Shown one piece after another: positions 49,459 to 58,141 of a DNA stretch of 64,000 nucleotides (the first letter of the stretch is position 1; each line of letters starts with the position of its first letter). The position numbers and the translations under genes were made by a program. The notes below the pieces were generated by a model. That model worked only from the letters and a program-made list of their open reading frames with translations. It had not been told where the DNA came from and made no database searches. The stretch lies in assembly GCA_016187335.1 (NCBI GenBank), contig JACPJW010000001.1:743143-807142 (forward strand), written 5' to 3'. This stretch comes from Candidatus Aenigmatarchaeota archaeon. GTDB taxonomy: Archaea; Aenigmatarchaeota; Aenigmatarchaeia; GW2011-AR5.

Positions 49459-50106
49459 TTATTTCTTCCTATTCGGCTGTGTTTTCATCCAGACCCACGC
49501 CGCGACAGCGCCGAACAGGAAGCCGCCGACGTGCGCCCAGAAAGCGATGCCGCTGCCCGAGCCGCCAACAAGGCTTGTCGTGCCGAGGAAAAGCTGCATC
49601 AGAAACCAGAAGCCTATCATGTACTGCGCTGATATGGTGCCGCTGTAATATCCAGACAGGATACGCACGCGGACATCCGGAAAGAATATCCAGTAAGCGC
49701 CAAGCACGCCTGATATGGCTCCTGAAGCCCCTATTGCCGGTATGCTGGAGCCGATATTTGTCAGGTAATGCGTGGCTGTAGCTGCTACCCCCGAAAGCAG
49801 GTAGAAAACGACAAATTTTGCCTTGCCTAATTTGTCCTCAACGTTGTCGCCGAAAATCCACAGGTACCACATGTTGCCGAAGATGTGGTCGAAGCCGCCG
49901 TGCAGGAACATAGAAGTGAATATGGTGAGCAGCGAAGCGGCCGCGGGCTTGAAGCCGTAATTGTCAATAACAGCTTCGAAATTAGACAGCGACCACAGGA
50001 AAATCAGGACGTTTGTCGCAATCAGCGCATAAGTAACGTAGGCTCTGCTCTTCGCTATGTTCTCGTCCTTGTAAGGGAAAAACTGTCCTTTCATGAAAAC
50101 CATCAA
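49459..50106 (-). CDS. Rhomboid intramembrane protease
   Basis: HGGFDHIFGN, GASG, AHVGG. Confidence 0.94.
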   Translation of the reverse strand: MMVFMKGQFFPYKDENIAKSRAYVTYALIATNVLIFLWSLSNFEAVIDNYGFKPAAASLLTIFTSMFLHGGFDHIFGNMWYLWIFGDNVEDKLGKAKFVVFYLLSGVAATATHYLTNIGSSIPAIGASGAISGVLGAYWIFFPDVRVRILSGYYSGTISAQYMIGFWFLMQLFLGTTSLVGGSGSGIAFWAHVGGFLFGAVAAWVWMKTQPNRKK

Positions 50107-50251
50107 TTAAACGGAAAATTCTGGCGCATCACGAAAGAATTACGCTTGAGCACAGATTTCTATTTCCGCTTTAATCCCTCGTTTCTCCGCGAAATTTTAA
50201 ATACTACGGCTTGCATATTCTGACTTACCTATGATTTGACGAGGTGATTTG

Positions 50252-50422
50252 ATGAGCTATGTGGTTGCTTCGCAGGTGAAGGAACTGATAAAGAAGCACG
50301 AGATGCAGTGCGCTTCGGACTTCTGCGACGCTTTGGACAAGGTTGTGGAGGCAAAGGTTGCAAAGGCGACTGAGCGCGCAAAGAGCAATGACAGGAAGAC
50401 TGTCAGAGCGGGCGACTTGTAA
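50252..50422 (+). CDS. Short histone-fold protein (56 aa)
   Basis: MSYVVASQVKELIKK..AKATERAKSNDRKTVRAGDL; GAGGTGA SD; T-rich terminator. Confidence 0.88.
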   Translation: MSYVVASQVKELIKKHEMQCASDFCDALDKVVEAKVAKATERAKSNDRKTVRAGDL

Positions 50423-50586
50423 GGCGGGTTTCTTGTTTTTTAATCTGTTTCTTGTTTTTATTTTTACTAAGCAGAAATAGAAGCGCAGATATTAAAGTAG
50501 AAAACGAGAAATATTTTCTGCCTTAGAAAAAGGTTATAGAAAATAAAAGAAAAAAATCAGAATACTTTTTGACCCTTTTGATCAAA

Positions 50587-50616
50587 TGAAACTTTTTGAA
50601 AAAAGTTTCATCAAAA
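50587..50616 (+). repeat. Dispersed palindromic repeat
   Basis: TGAAACTTTTTGAAAAAAGTTTCATCAAAA. Confidence 0.7.
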
Positions 50617-50618
50617 TT

Positions 50619-50771
50619 TTACTTCCCAGACAGCTTGTGCTTCTTGATGTATACCCACAGCTTCTTCGTCATCTCGCTCGGAGCGAGCTTGCCTGAGCCG
50701 AATACGTCCTCAACAGTTTCCTTGCGGCCCTTGAAGCTTATGGAATATCCGCCAAATGCTTTCTTTGCCAT
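50619..50771 (-). CDS. Minimal SWIB/MDM2-like protein (50 aa)
   Basis: VFGSGKLAPSEMTKKLWVYIKKHKL; AGGTGA SD. Confidence 0.72.
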   Translation of the reverse strand: MAKKAFGGYSISFKGRKETVEDVFGSGKLAPSEMTKKLWVYIKKHKLSGK

Positions 50772-51112
50772 TATTGTTCACCTGAGAATAATTAGGAAAA
50801 TAGTTTTTTAAGTCAGAAAAAAGGCAGTCTTAACGACTAGGAAGAGGTGATAATCAAGTCAATTCAATATCCCAGCAAGTCGTAACGAACTCTTATATGA
50901 GCACCCTGCGCTACCATCCAATAAGGATCTAGTCACAATCTTTCGCCCTGAGTTAGACAAAGTACAGCGAACCTTTCAGAAATTCTTCCCATCATAAAAT
51001 CATGGAAAATGCCATCTACATACTGTAACGATTTTTTTCGAATATCTCTTTCTTCCCGAACATCTCGGATAAATGTAGTTACGCCTTTCAACATTTGAGA
51101 AATCATAGTAAT

Positions 51113-51451
51113 TTATTCCCTCTGTATCCTTGCCCTGCTTGGGGTGACTATAATCCAGTCGTCGCCGACGCCTGCAATGTCGCCGTTCAGGTTGCCGACG
51201 CTGAGCTTTAATTTGTTCACGCACTGCTTCAGGTCGTCCAGGTTGGTTTCCTTGAGATCGCGCATTCCTGCCACGACAATGTTGCCCGCCTTTATCTGCT
51301 TTATGATGCGGTCCACTGCGCCCAGAGAATCAATCTTGTCAACAACAACGTGAACCATCGGAAGCTCCTCTTCGCCTTCCAGCTCGTGGTATTCTTCCGC
51401 AGCCGGCTCCGGCTCTTCCTTCTTTTTCCTGAACATGTCCAATAGTCCCAT
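51113..51451 (-). CDS. sepF: Cell division protein SepF
   Basis: Amphipathic N-terminus; GNIVV, GDIAGVGDDWIIVTP. Confidence 0.88.
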   Translation of the reverse strand: MGLLDMFRKKKEEPEPAAEEYHELEGEEELPMVHVVVDKIDSLGAVDRIIKQIKAGNIVVAGMRDLKETNLDDLKQCVNKLKLSVGNLNGDIAGVGDDWIIVTPSRARIQRE

Positions 51452-51631
51452 GATATCACGTAATAAAACGCTGCTGAACTTTTTAAGGTTATCACGGAAA
51501 AAACTTTAAGAAGGGAAAATCAATCCGGAAATGCAACTGAAAGCCTGTTATGAATGTAATCCACCATAAAGGACTTTCACTTTCTGTTTTACGATTTTTT
51601 ATAGTTTCAAGTGCATTTTATCTTGATATTC

Positions 51632-51763
51632 ATGGGTATACTAAGCCTCGAAGACAAGCCCGTTGCAGGCAAGTGCGCCATGTGCGGCGGCAAGATGGAA
51701 AGGGCGGCATTAGGCTACATCTGCAACGCCTGCAGGGACGGCATGAGGCAGAAGAAGCAGTAA
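51632..51763 (+). CDS. 43-aa zinc-finger microprotein
   Basis: CAMC..CNAC. Confidence 0.65.
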   Translation: MGILSLEDKPVAGKCAMCGGKMERAALGYICNACRDGMRQKKQ

Positions 51764-51791
51764 AGTTTTTTTAAGGAAGAAAAACAATACA

Positions 51792-52217
51792 ATGGCATTA
51801 CAGGTTGCGAAAAGATGGCATATGAAACAAAATTCATCAGGAAAGTTTTCGCGAAGGTATATCATTATTTCTGACACAGTATTAGAAAACTGGAGACAGG
51901 GAAATTCTGCATTCTTTGACAACGGTTATAGATGCGCATTGCCTCTAGGCTACGTTGTCCAGAGGCCAAAGGGGCCTACAAGCCCGAGACCGGGTGTAAT
52001 TTACCATGAATACGAAGTTTCATGTATAAAGGACGGGTCAAGGTCGCTAATGGCTGGCTATGCCCACGAAAATGAGGTAAATATACTTTACTCGGGATTT
52101 CATGGATGGACTTCATGGAAAGAAGTCGGAAGAGCGCTGCGTAAAATATTTTGCCCTGACGGCGGAAGGATGGTCAGGGGAAAATTGCATCAAAACATAA
52201 GGAGAGAGCCCGACTAA
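51792..52217 (+). CDS. Hypothetical protein
   Basis: 141-aa ORF. Confidence 0.5.
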   Translation: MALQVAKRWHMKQNSSGKFSRRYIIISDTVLENWRQGNSAFFDNGYRCALPLGYVVQRPKGPTSPRPGVIYHEYEVSCIKDGSRSLMAGYAHENEVNILYSGFHGWTSWKEVGRALRKIFCPDGGRMVRGKLHQNIRREPD

Positions 52218-52244
52218 AGCCCCCTATAGAAGGAGGCAGAACTT

Positions 52245-53693
52245 CTATCCCTTCTTCCACAGCTTCTTCCTCATCTTCGCGAGTTCGTAAGGATACCTGA
52301 ATGTATATTCAACGGCGTGCTTCAGCCCGTGGGCAGGCTCAACGGCGACGGCGCGCCAGAACACGTAGCGCACGGGTATGATTTCATGCTCCTTTGTTTT
52401 GAGGTCGGATATCATTGTCATGAACACAAGCGACGCAAGGCGCAATAAAAATGATGCAAAAAATATTATCTGGAGCCCGCTCATGAAAAGCAGCGCCCTG
52501 CCTTCCAGGTGAGCCACGATAAAATAGCCGCCGAGAGAGCCTGCGACTGTAGCAAGTCCCCTGAGAAATGTATGGTTGGCAACATACTGCGGCCTTTTCT
52601 CGCTGGGCGTAACGGCCAGCAGGAAATTGAAGGATACAAGGTCAAATCCCGCCCATGCAAAAGACGAGAAGAAGTTGGCTATGAGTATGTGGCCGGGCGA
52701 CGAGACGAACAGCCATATGAAAGGCACGAAGCATATCATTATGCCTGTTACAGCTAAAATTTTTCTCTCGCCATAGCGGTCGCTGAGCTGCCCCCAATAG
52801 GGCTGGAAAATGAGGGTGATTAATGCTTCAAAGGAAACCAGAGCCGCGAACCATAAATAAGAAATTTTGAGGTCGCGCAGCATGTAGACGGCAAAAAAAG
52901 GCCCCGCAATGCTGACGGCAAGGCTCATTGCTGCAAGGAAGAGTGTGAAAAGGACGAAGTTCCTGTTTATTCTCAGCGCCGCCGCAAGGTCTTTCAGGCT
53001 CAGCGTGTAAGAATGCCTGTAGTGATATACAACCGGCGTCTGCGGTTCGTGCATCTTCGCAAAAAAGTACACTGAAGCGAGGCCAAGAACGACGGAGACG
53101 GCGAATATAAGCGAGAAGCCGTATTCAGACAGCAGGGCTCCGGAAACCAGCGTTGCCGTCAGCCCCGCAAGGCCGGCAATCATGTTCCTCCTGCCGAAAT
53201 AATGCCCTCGCATGTCCTGCGGGACAATGTCGCCCATCAGGCTGCTCCATGCCGGCGCGCGCATGGCGGTGAAGAAGCTTACCGCAAATAGCAGTGAAAT
53301 GAGCAGATGCACGGGGCTGTTAACATTGACAAAGGGCAGCAGCAGTATGGGTATCCACAGAATTCTGGAAATGAGCGTGGAAAACGTCCATATTGTTTTC
53401 CTGGAAAAGTACTGCGTGAGCAGCGCTCCCGGTATCTGCGCCAGGGTTTCTCCAAGCGTTCTCAGCGATGCGATTAACGCTATTTCGCTGCTCGTTGCCT
53501 TCAGGGCGAGCGCAAAGGGAGTGACGAAAGAATTGTTGATGCTTGATGCCGCAGAGCTGAGAGCCCCTTCTATTGTTGAGAAGTGCATGCTCTTCTTTGC
53601 ACGGTCGTCATAGGGCATCTTTTTTTCGGAAACCCCGCCCTTCACGAGGACTTGCCGCTCTTTTTCGCCCAGCTTGCGGTTAGCAGGAGGCAT
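52245..53693 (-). CDS. MFS transporter
   Basis: Multi-TM; WGQLSDRYGERK. Confidence 0.9.
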   Translation of the reverse strand: MPPANRKLGEKERQVLVKGGVSEKKMPYDDRAKKSMHFSTIEGALSSAASSINNSFVTPFALALKATSSEIALIASLRTLGETLAQIPGALLTQYFSRKTIWTFSTLISRILWIPILLLPFVNVNSPVHLLISLLFAVSFFTAMRAPAWSSLMGDIVPQDMRGHYFGRRNMIAGLAGLTATLVSGALLSEYGFSLIFAVSVVLGLASVYFFAKMHEPQTPVVYHYRHSYTLSLKDLAAALRINRNFVLFTLFLAAMSLAVSIAGPFFAVYMLRDLKISYLWFAALVSFEALITLIFQPYWGQLSDRYGERKILAVTGIMICFVPFIWLFVSSPGHILIANFFSSFAWAGFDLVSFNFLLAVTPSEKRPQYVANHTFLRGLATVAGSLGGYFIVAHLEGRALLFMSGLQIIFFASFLLRLASLVFMTMISDLKTKEHEIIPVRYVFWRAVAVEPAHGLKHAVEYTFRYPYELAKMRKKLWKKG

Positions 53694-53775
53694 TCGTATA
53701 ATTATTGCAGGTCAGATTAAATAATTCGGTTTGCATTAATTCATCCTTTTTAAGCGTTAAGGGGAAATCAATAAC

Positions 53776-54291
53776 ATGCAACCCAATCTTCTTGTTACAT
53801 ACGAGCCGGCTCACGGCGGCAAGGCGATGCAGGAAGTGAAGCTGTTTCTGGAAGAGGCAGGCGAAAAAGTAGAATTTCACGACAGCGGCACGGACGGCGT
53901 TTTCTTTGTCAGCGTCGGCGATGCAAAGCAAGCCGTAAGGCATCTGGTTGGGCTGTGCAGCAGCAGTCCTGAAAGGTTCCGGTACACGCAAAGGTGGATT
54001 CCTGTCGAGCGCTGGGTTTCGTCGGACATCGACGAAATGTCGTCTGTGATGGTTGAGATGAACGACAGGATTGACGACGGAGAAAAGTGGAAGATAGACA
54101 TTGTCAAGCGGGGATACGACAGGTACGGCACGCCGGAGCTGATAAAAACGCTGACGGAAAACATAGACAGGCAGCACGTGGACCTGAAAAACCCGGACAA
54201 GATAGTAAAGGTGGAAATTTTCGGGGAGAAGGCAGCTGTTGCATTGCTTAACAGCGACGAGCTCCTGGAAGTCGCCAAGATGAAAAAATAA
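53776..54291 (+). CDS. THUMP-domain protein
   Basis: RWIPVE, VDLKNPDKIVKVEI. Confidence 0.85.
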   Translation: MQPNLLVTYEPAHGGKAMQEVKLFLEEAGEKVEFHDSGTDGVFFVSVGDAKQAVRHLVGLCSSSPERFRYTQRWIPVERWVSSDIDEMSSVMVEMNDRIDDGEKWKIDIVKRGYDRYGTPELIKTLTENIDRQHVDLKNPDKIVKVEIFGEKAAVALLNSDELLEVAKMKK

Positions 54292-54320
54292 GGCGGAGCC
54301 GCTTTCAAAGACCGGAGAAT

Positions 54321-54947
54321 CTATTTCTTTACCTTCTTTGTCGTCTTGAAGTGGACTTTTGCAATGCCCTCCAGCACTTCGGGGCCGTACTTCTCAGTGA
54401 GGAATTTCAAGGCCTCGTCAACATGCGCCGCTCCTTTGGGCAGTTTATACCCTACCTGCAATGAAAGCTTCCTGAGCGACGAGAGGAATTCCGCCCTTGC
54501 AAGAATTGATGCTGCAGCGACAGCAGTGTCCCTCTCGCCCCTGACCGTCTGGATTAATTTTATTTTCCTGCCCTTTTCAAAAAGCTGTTTTTTCAATAAG
54601 CTGTCATCTGCGAACTTGTCCACGATTATTATGTCCGCATTCCCCTTTTCCAGCAAATTCTCAATTGCCCGCGCATGCGCCCACGAAAGAATCTTGTTGA
54701 GGTTCCTGAATTTTTTGTGCAGAAGGTTGTATTTCTCCGGCGATATCTTGACTACGGAAAAATTGCACACCTTCTTTATCAGCGCCGCGAGCCTCTTGAC
54801 TTCATTATCGCTGATCAGCTTGGAGTCCCTTATGCGCAGCTGCTGCAGCTTCTTTTCGTCAGCAGGACCGGCAGCGACAGCGGCGACGACGAGATACCCG
54901 AAATAATCCCCTTTCCCGGATTCGTCGGTGCCGATTTTCATGGTCAT
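54321..54947 (-). CDS. RNase HIII-like catalytic domain
   Basis: IGTDESGKGDYFG, DSK, AVAAASILAR, KVHFKT. Confidence 0.85.
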   Translation of the reverse strand: MTMKIGTDESGKGDYFGYLVVAAVAAGPADEKKLQQLRIRDSKLISDNEVKRLAALIKKVCNFSVVKISPEKYNLLHKKFRNLNKILSWAHARAIENLLEKGNADIIIVDKFADDSLLKKQLFEKGRKIKLIQTVRGERDTAVAAASILARAEFLSSLRKLSLQVGYKLPKGAAHVDEALKFLTEKYGPEVLEGIAKVHFKTTKKVKK

Positions 54948-55083
54948 TCTGATGCCCCAGTAGTTTTTTCCTTTTCAAGTTTATAAATAAGGAAAATAAT
55001 AAAATAGTCAAGCAGAAGGAAAGGTTCTGCTTCATTAGGAATTTGATTCCGAAATTCCGTTCCAGATTGATAGAGGTCTAGAA

Positions 55084-55365
55084 ATGGTCTGGCTCATTGA
55101 TTTCATTCTCGGCAGGACATTTGTCTACAGGATAAGGCGCCGCTACGACAAGGCCCGCGAGCGCGCGGACAGGATAAGGAACAGGATGGACAGGCTGGCA
55201 ATACTCCGCATTCTGGACCAGGCGGAGCCTCAGCTGGTCATTCTGGAAGAGCAGAGTTTGTCGAGAAACGACAGGAAAAGAATCTTCGCTTACGTCAAGT
55301 CAGGCATTATCAAAGCCGAGAGAATGCTCCAGCAGCTGAAGGAAAGGAAGAAATTACAGGCGTGA
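55084..55365 (+). CDS. Hypothetical protein
   Basis: 93-aa ORF with GAGGT SD. Confidence 0.65.
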   Translation: MVWLIDFILGRTFVYRIRRRYDKARERADRIRNRMDRLAILRILDQAEPQLVILEEQSLSRNDRKRIFAYVKSGIIKAERMLQQLKERKKLQA

Positions 55366-55761
55366 TTGGAAAAAATCACGGCTTTGATGCCAAATTTCCT
55401 TTTAAAGATTGAATTTTATTTAACCGTTATGGATTTTGAATTCGGAGACTTGTCCGGATTGCGCGGAAGAAGAGTGTCTGGTTTTGTTAGATTTTCATAC
55501 CTCACTGGTCCAAGTGCAGAATGCCAACATAACTATATATTTTCATTCCAAGACAGGATTCCGGAAGCCGATGAACAGCCAAGGTTGTATTCAGGTGCAG
55601 ATGTCGAAGATATAGAACCTAATAATGTTCTTTTAACATACAAAGATGCACCAAATGAAAGAATAGTGCTCGCTACCATTGAAATAGATGACAGATGCAG
55701 AGACGAAAGTCCTGATAGTGTTTCTCAGATGGAATTATTCAGAATGGACGTTGACCGCTGA
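55366..55761 (+). CDS. Hypothetical protein
   Basis: ORF; start uncertain. Confidence 0.45.
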   Translation: MEKITALMPNFLLKIEFYLTVMDFEFGDLSGLRGRRVSGFVRFSYLTGPSAECQHNYIFSFQDRIPEADEQPRLYSGADVEDIEPNNVLLTYKDAPNERIVLATIEIDDRCRDESPDSVSQMELFRMDVDR

Positions 55762-55798
55762 AAACCTTTATAATAAACGAAGTTTATAATTTACAGTG

Positions 55799-55936
55799 AT
55801 GAAGCTTTCTATTTCGCGGTGTTCCGAGTGCAGCAAAATACGCCTAGTTGACAGAATCAAGGAAAGGAACATGGAACGCTACCTGTGCTTTGCCTGCAAG
55901 CAGAAGCTGCACAAGACGTCGCGGAGCAGGAAATGA
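55799..55936 (+). CDS. 45-aa zinc-finger microprotein
   Basis: CSEC..CFAC. Confidence 0.6.
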   Translation: MKLSISRCSECSKIRLVDRIKERNMERYLCFACKQKLHKTSRSRK

Positions 55937-55997
55937 TTCGGATAAATATTTTTGGCTTCTTAATTAATTCTACAGGAAACCCAGGCAGGTTATTATT

Positions 55998-56849
55998 ATG
56001 AGAAGAACAGCGAAAAGAACAGCAGCCTTGGCTGCGGCTGCGATGATCGCGGCTCCTTTGATTTTCCCTGCAGCTGAATCTGCGGTTAATGCTGATAAGC
56101 CGCCGGTTGTTGAGGAAGCAAGCAGCAATTATACGAAATTCCTTAACGCAGGCCCGAAGGAATTATTAAGCCGGTTCCTTCCGCAGAAAGCCGAAGCTTC
56201 CAGCCGCACGAGCCCTTATGTTGTCGTGATGGAATGCAGGCCTGTGACATTTTATACGCTGAGGATATTCGTGAATTCCTGGGGTTACAGGCACGCCATA
56301 GTGAGGGCATGGCTTGATGCGCGTGTAAGACAGGATTGCAGGGTCGTGTCGGTTGTCCGCGATCCTCCAAGAAGAATTTACGTGCCGGGTGATCGTCCCG
56401 GAATTTACGTGCCAGGCGAGCCAGTGCCCGCGCAGCCTTCAGATCTTATCTCTTCCGTTAGCGATTTGAGGGAAGAAATCGCCCGGTATTATGAAGACCT
56501 TGGACTGGGGCTTTTGACAAAGCCGGGAGAAATATGGAAAAGGCCCGGCTACATAATGTGGAGGCGGGGATTTGAAAAAGATGGGGAATTGGTGACAACT
56601 TCTATAGCTTCAACTGCAAATCTCGGCAAAATAATAGTTCTTTATGACATGCTGCCGGAGGGGTCCGATGTGGAAGCAAGGCGAACAAGGAACTGCAATG
56701 CGCTTGAAATATACGTCAACCCCAGGCTTAAAGGAAAAACTGCAAATTATATACAGCTGCCTTCCCTGGCAATGGAAAGGAGCTCTTTGATAGAAGGGCT
56801 CGACAGGGGGCTGAGGGGCGAAACGGACTGCCTGCCGTCATACAGGTAA
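55998..56849 (+). CDS. Secreted hypothetical protein
   Basis: MRRTAKR plus Ala-rich signal. Confidence 0.65.
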   Translation: MRRTAKRTAALAAAAMIAAPLIFPAAESAVNADKPPVVEEASSNYTKFLNAGPKELLSRFLPQKAEASSRTSPYVVVMECRPVTFYTLRIFVNSWGYRHAIVRAWLDARVRQDCRVVSVVRDPPRRIYVPGDRPGIYVPGEPVPAQPSDLISSVSDLREEIARYYEDLGLGLLTKPGEIWKRPGYIMWRRGFEKDGELVTTSIASTANLGKIIVLYDMLPEGSDVEARRTRNCNALEIYVNPRLKGKTANYIQLPSLAMERSSLIEGLDRGLRGETDCLPSYR

Positions 56850-57079
56850 TAATCTGAAAAATGGGTTTATCATATTGAAGGAAAGAATAATTCCTTCCAT
56901 CACATCTTATTAAAAATGGAAATAATTCCCATTTGATTTTGAGCAAAATTCTCTTTCCACTTGGTAAAAATTTCATTTTCGCGGAATTCCGTTCCGCACG
57001 CCGAATTTTTTAAATAAGCTTTGCCTTCTATTTTATTTTGTCTGGTTCTTTCCTAAACAAAAAATAATGTAGTGATTTT

Positions 57080-58141
57080 ATGGGACTTACCCGAAGGTTT
57101 TTGCGAACACTTGCGGCGGCGGGCGCTGCGGCAGTTTTAGTCCCCAGCTTGGCTCCTGGGTCGGCCAGGGGTCTGTTTCCTCCATCCGAGGCATACGCAT
57201 CTGAACGACAGGCAGCGTCCAATTTATCGGCTCAATATGAGAATGAACTGCCAAGGCAGTATCGCGCTTTCTATTTTGGCTCTGCGCCCGTTTTAATCCA
57301 GTATGAACATTCGGCATTAAGGCCTTACCCGCTGCCCCGCGCGGTGAATTCCTTTGTCACACCCGGAATGCTCGCTTTGCAGCCTTATTCAACTGCAGGC
57401 GACGTCATAACGTCAGAAGCGGATGCAATAAAAGCAGGCCGTGAAGTTCTCAGAAAAATGGGAGTGAAATTCCGGCCGGGAAGGGGGGTTTTGACATTTG
57501 TGCGCGTGGATGACGGGAGGGAAGCTGCCATAAGCTTTGGTTCAAATATGTCCCTCAGCGAGCTTCAAAGAAGGGCGGATGCTCTTAATATTCTTAACAC
57601 GCCTCATTATCTGAAAATCGTGCAGCCCGGAATGCCCCGGGGTAATTATGAAAGAGAAGTGGAAGCGGAGCTTCGTGATTTCCTTGGAATCCCCGCGCCC
57701 GCACTTGTTCTTTCAGTGACACCAGCTTCTGCTCCCGCACAAAGCGGCCAGCCAGGCCAGGTAGTCATTCGCTATGGTTCTGTTTCGGAGCTGAGGCAGA
57801 CATGTCCGACCGCGGACCGGGGCGCCTTGCCAGTATTCCCCGCATCGCGCCGGATTGGTGCTAGCGGTCATGCCCCTATGTATGGCATCGGCGTTGCCGG
57901 AGAAAAAAAACGTTTCGGGGATTTCAATCCAGACATAATCAAAGACGCACTTGATTATTACATGCAATCCGGTCTTCCACTTCAGTTATTTGTACGGCAT
58001 GGGGATCCCATTCCAACGGACGTTGATGCCACTGGCCGTCCCGTACCATTTGTTGATGCAACCGGTCGTCCCATACCGATAGTTCCATGGAGCGGGCGGG
58101 GGCCATTGAGCATTCCTGTCCCGTACCCCTGCGGGAATTAA
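57080..58141 (+). CDS. Secreted hypothetical protein with Tat-like signal
   Basis: LTRRFL then Ala-rich helix; VDATGRP repeat. Confidence 0.65.
   Translation: MGLTRRFLRTLAAAGAAAVLVPSLAPGSARGLFPPSEAYASERQAASNLSAQYENELPRQYRAFYFGSAPVLIQYEHSALRPYPLPRAVNSFVTPGMLALQPYSTAGDVITSEADAIKAGREVLRKMGVKFRPGRGVLTFVRVDDGREAAISFGSNMSLSELQRRADALNILNTPHYLKIVQPGMPRGNYEREVEAELRDFLGIPAPALVLSVTPASAPAQSGQPGQVVIRYGSVSELRQTCPTADRGALPVFPASRRIGASGHAPMYGIGVAGEKKRFGDFNPDIIKDALDYYMQSGLPLQLFVRHGDPIPTDVDATGRPVPFVDATGRPIPIVPWSGRGPLSIPVPYPCGN

Noticed and set aside
50830-51106. Possible minus-strand ORF with an internal TGA (recoding?)
   Set aside because: No recognisable family, and TGA is a normal stop elsewhere in the window; at most a decayed orphan.
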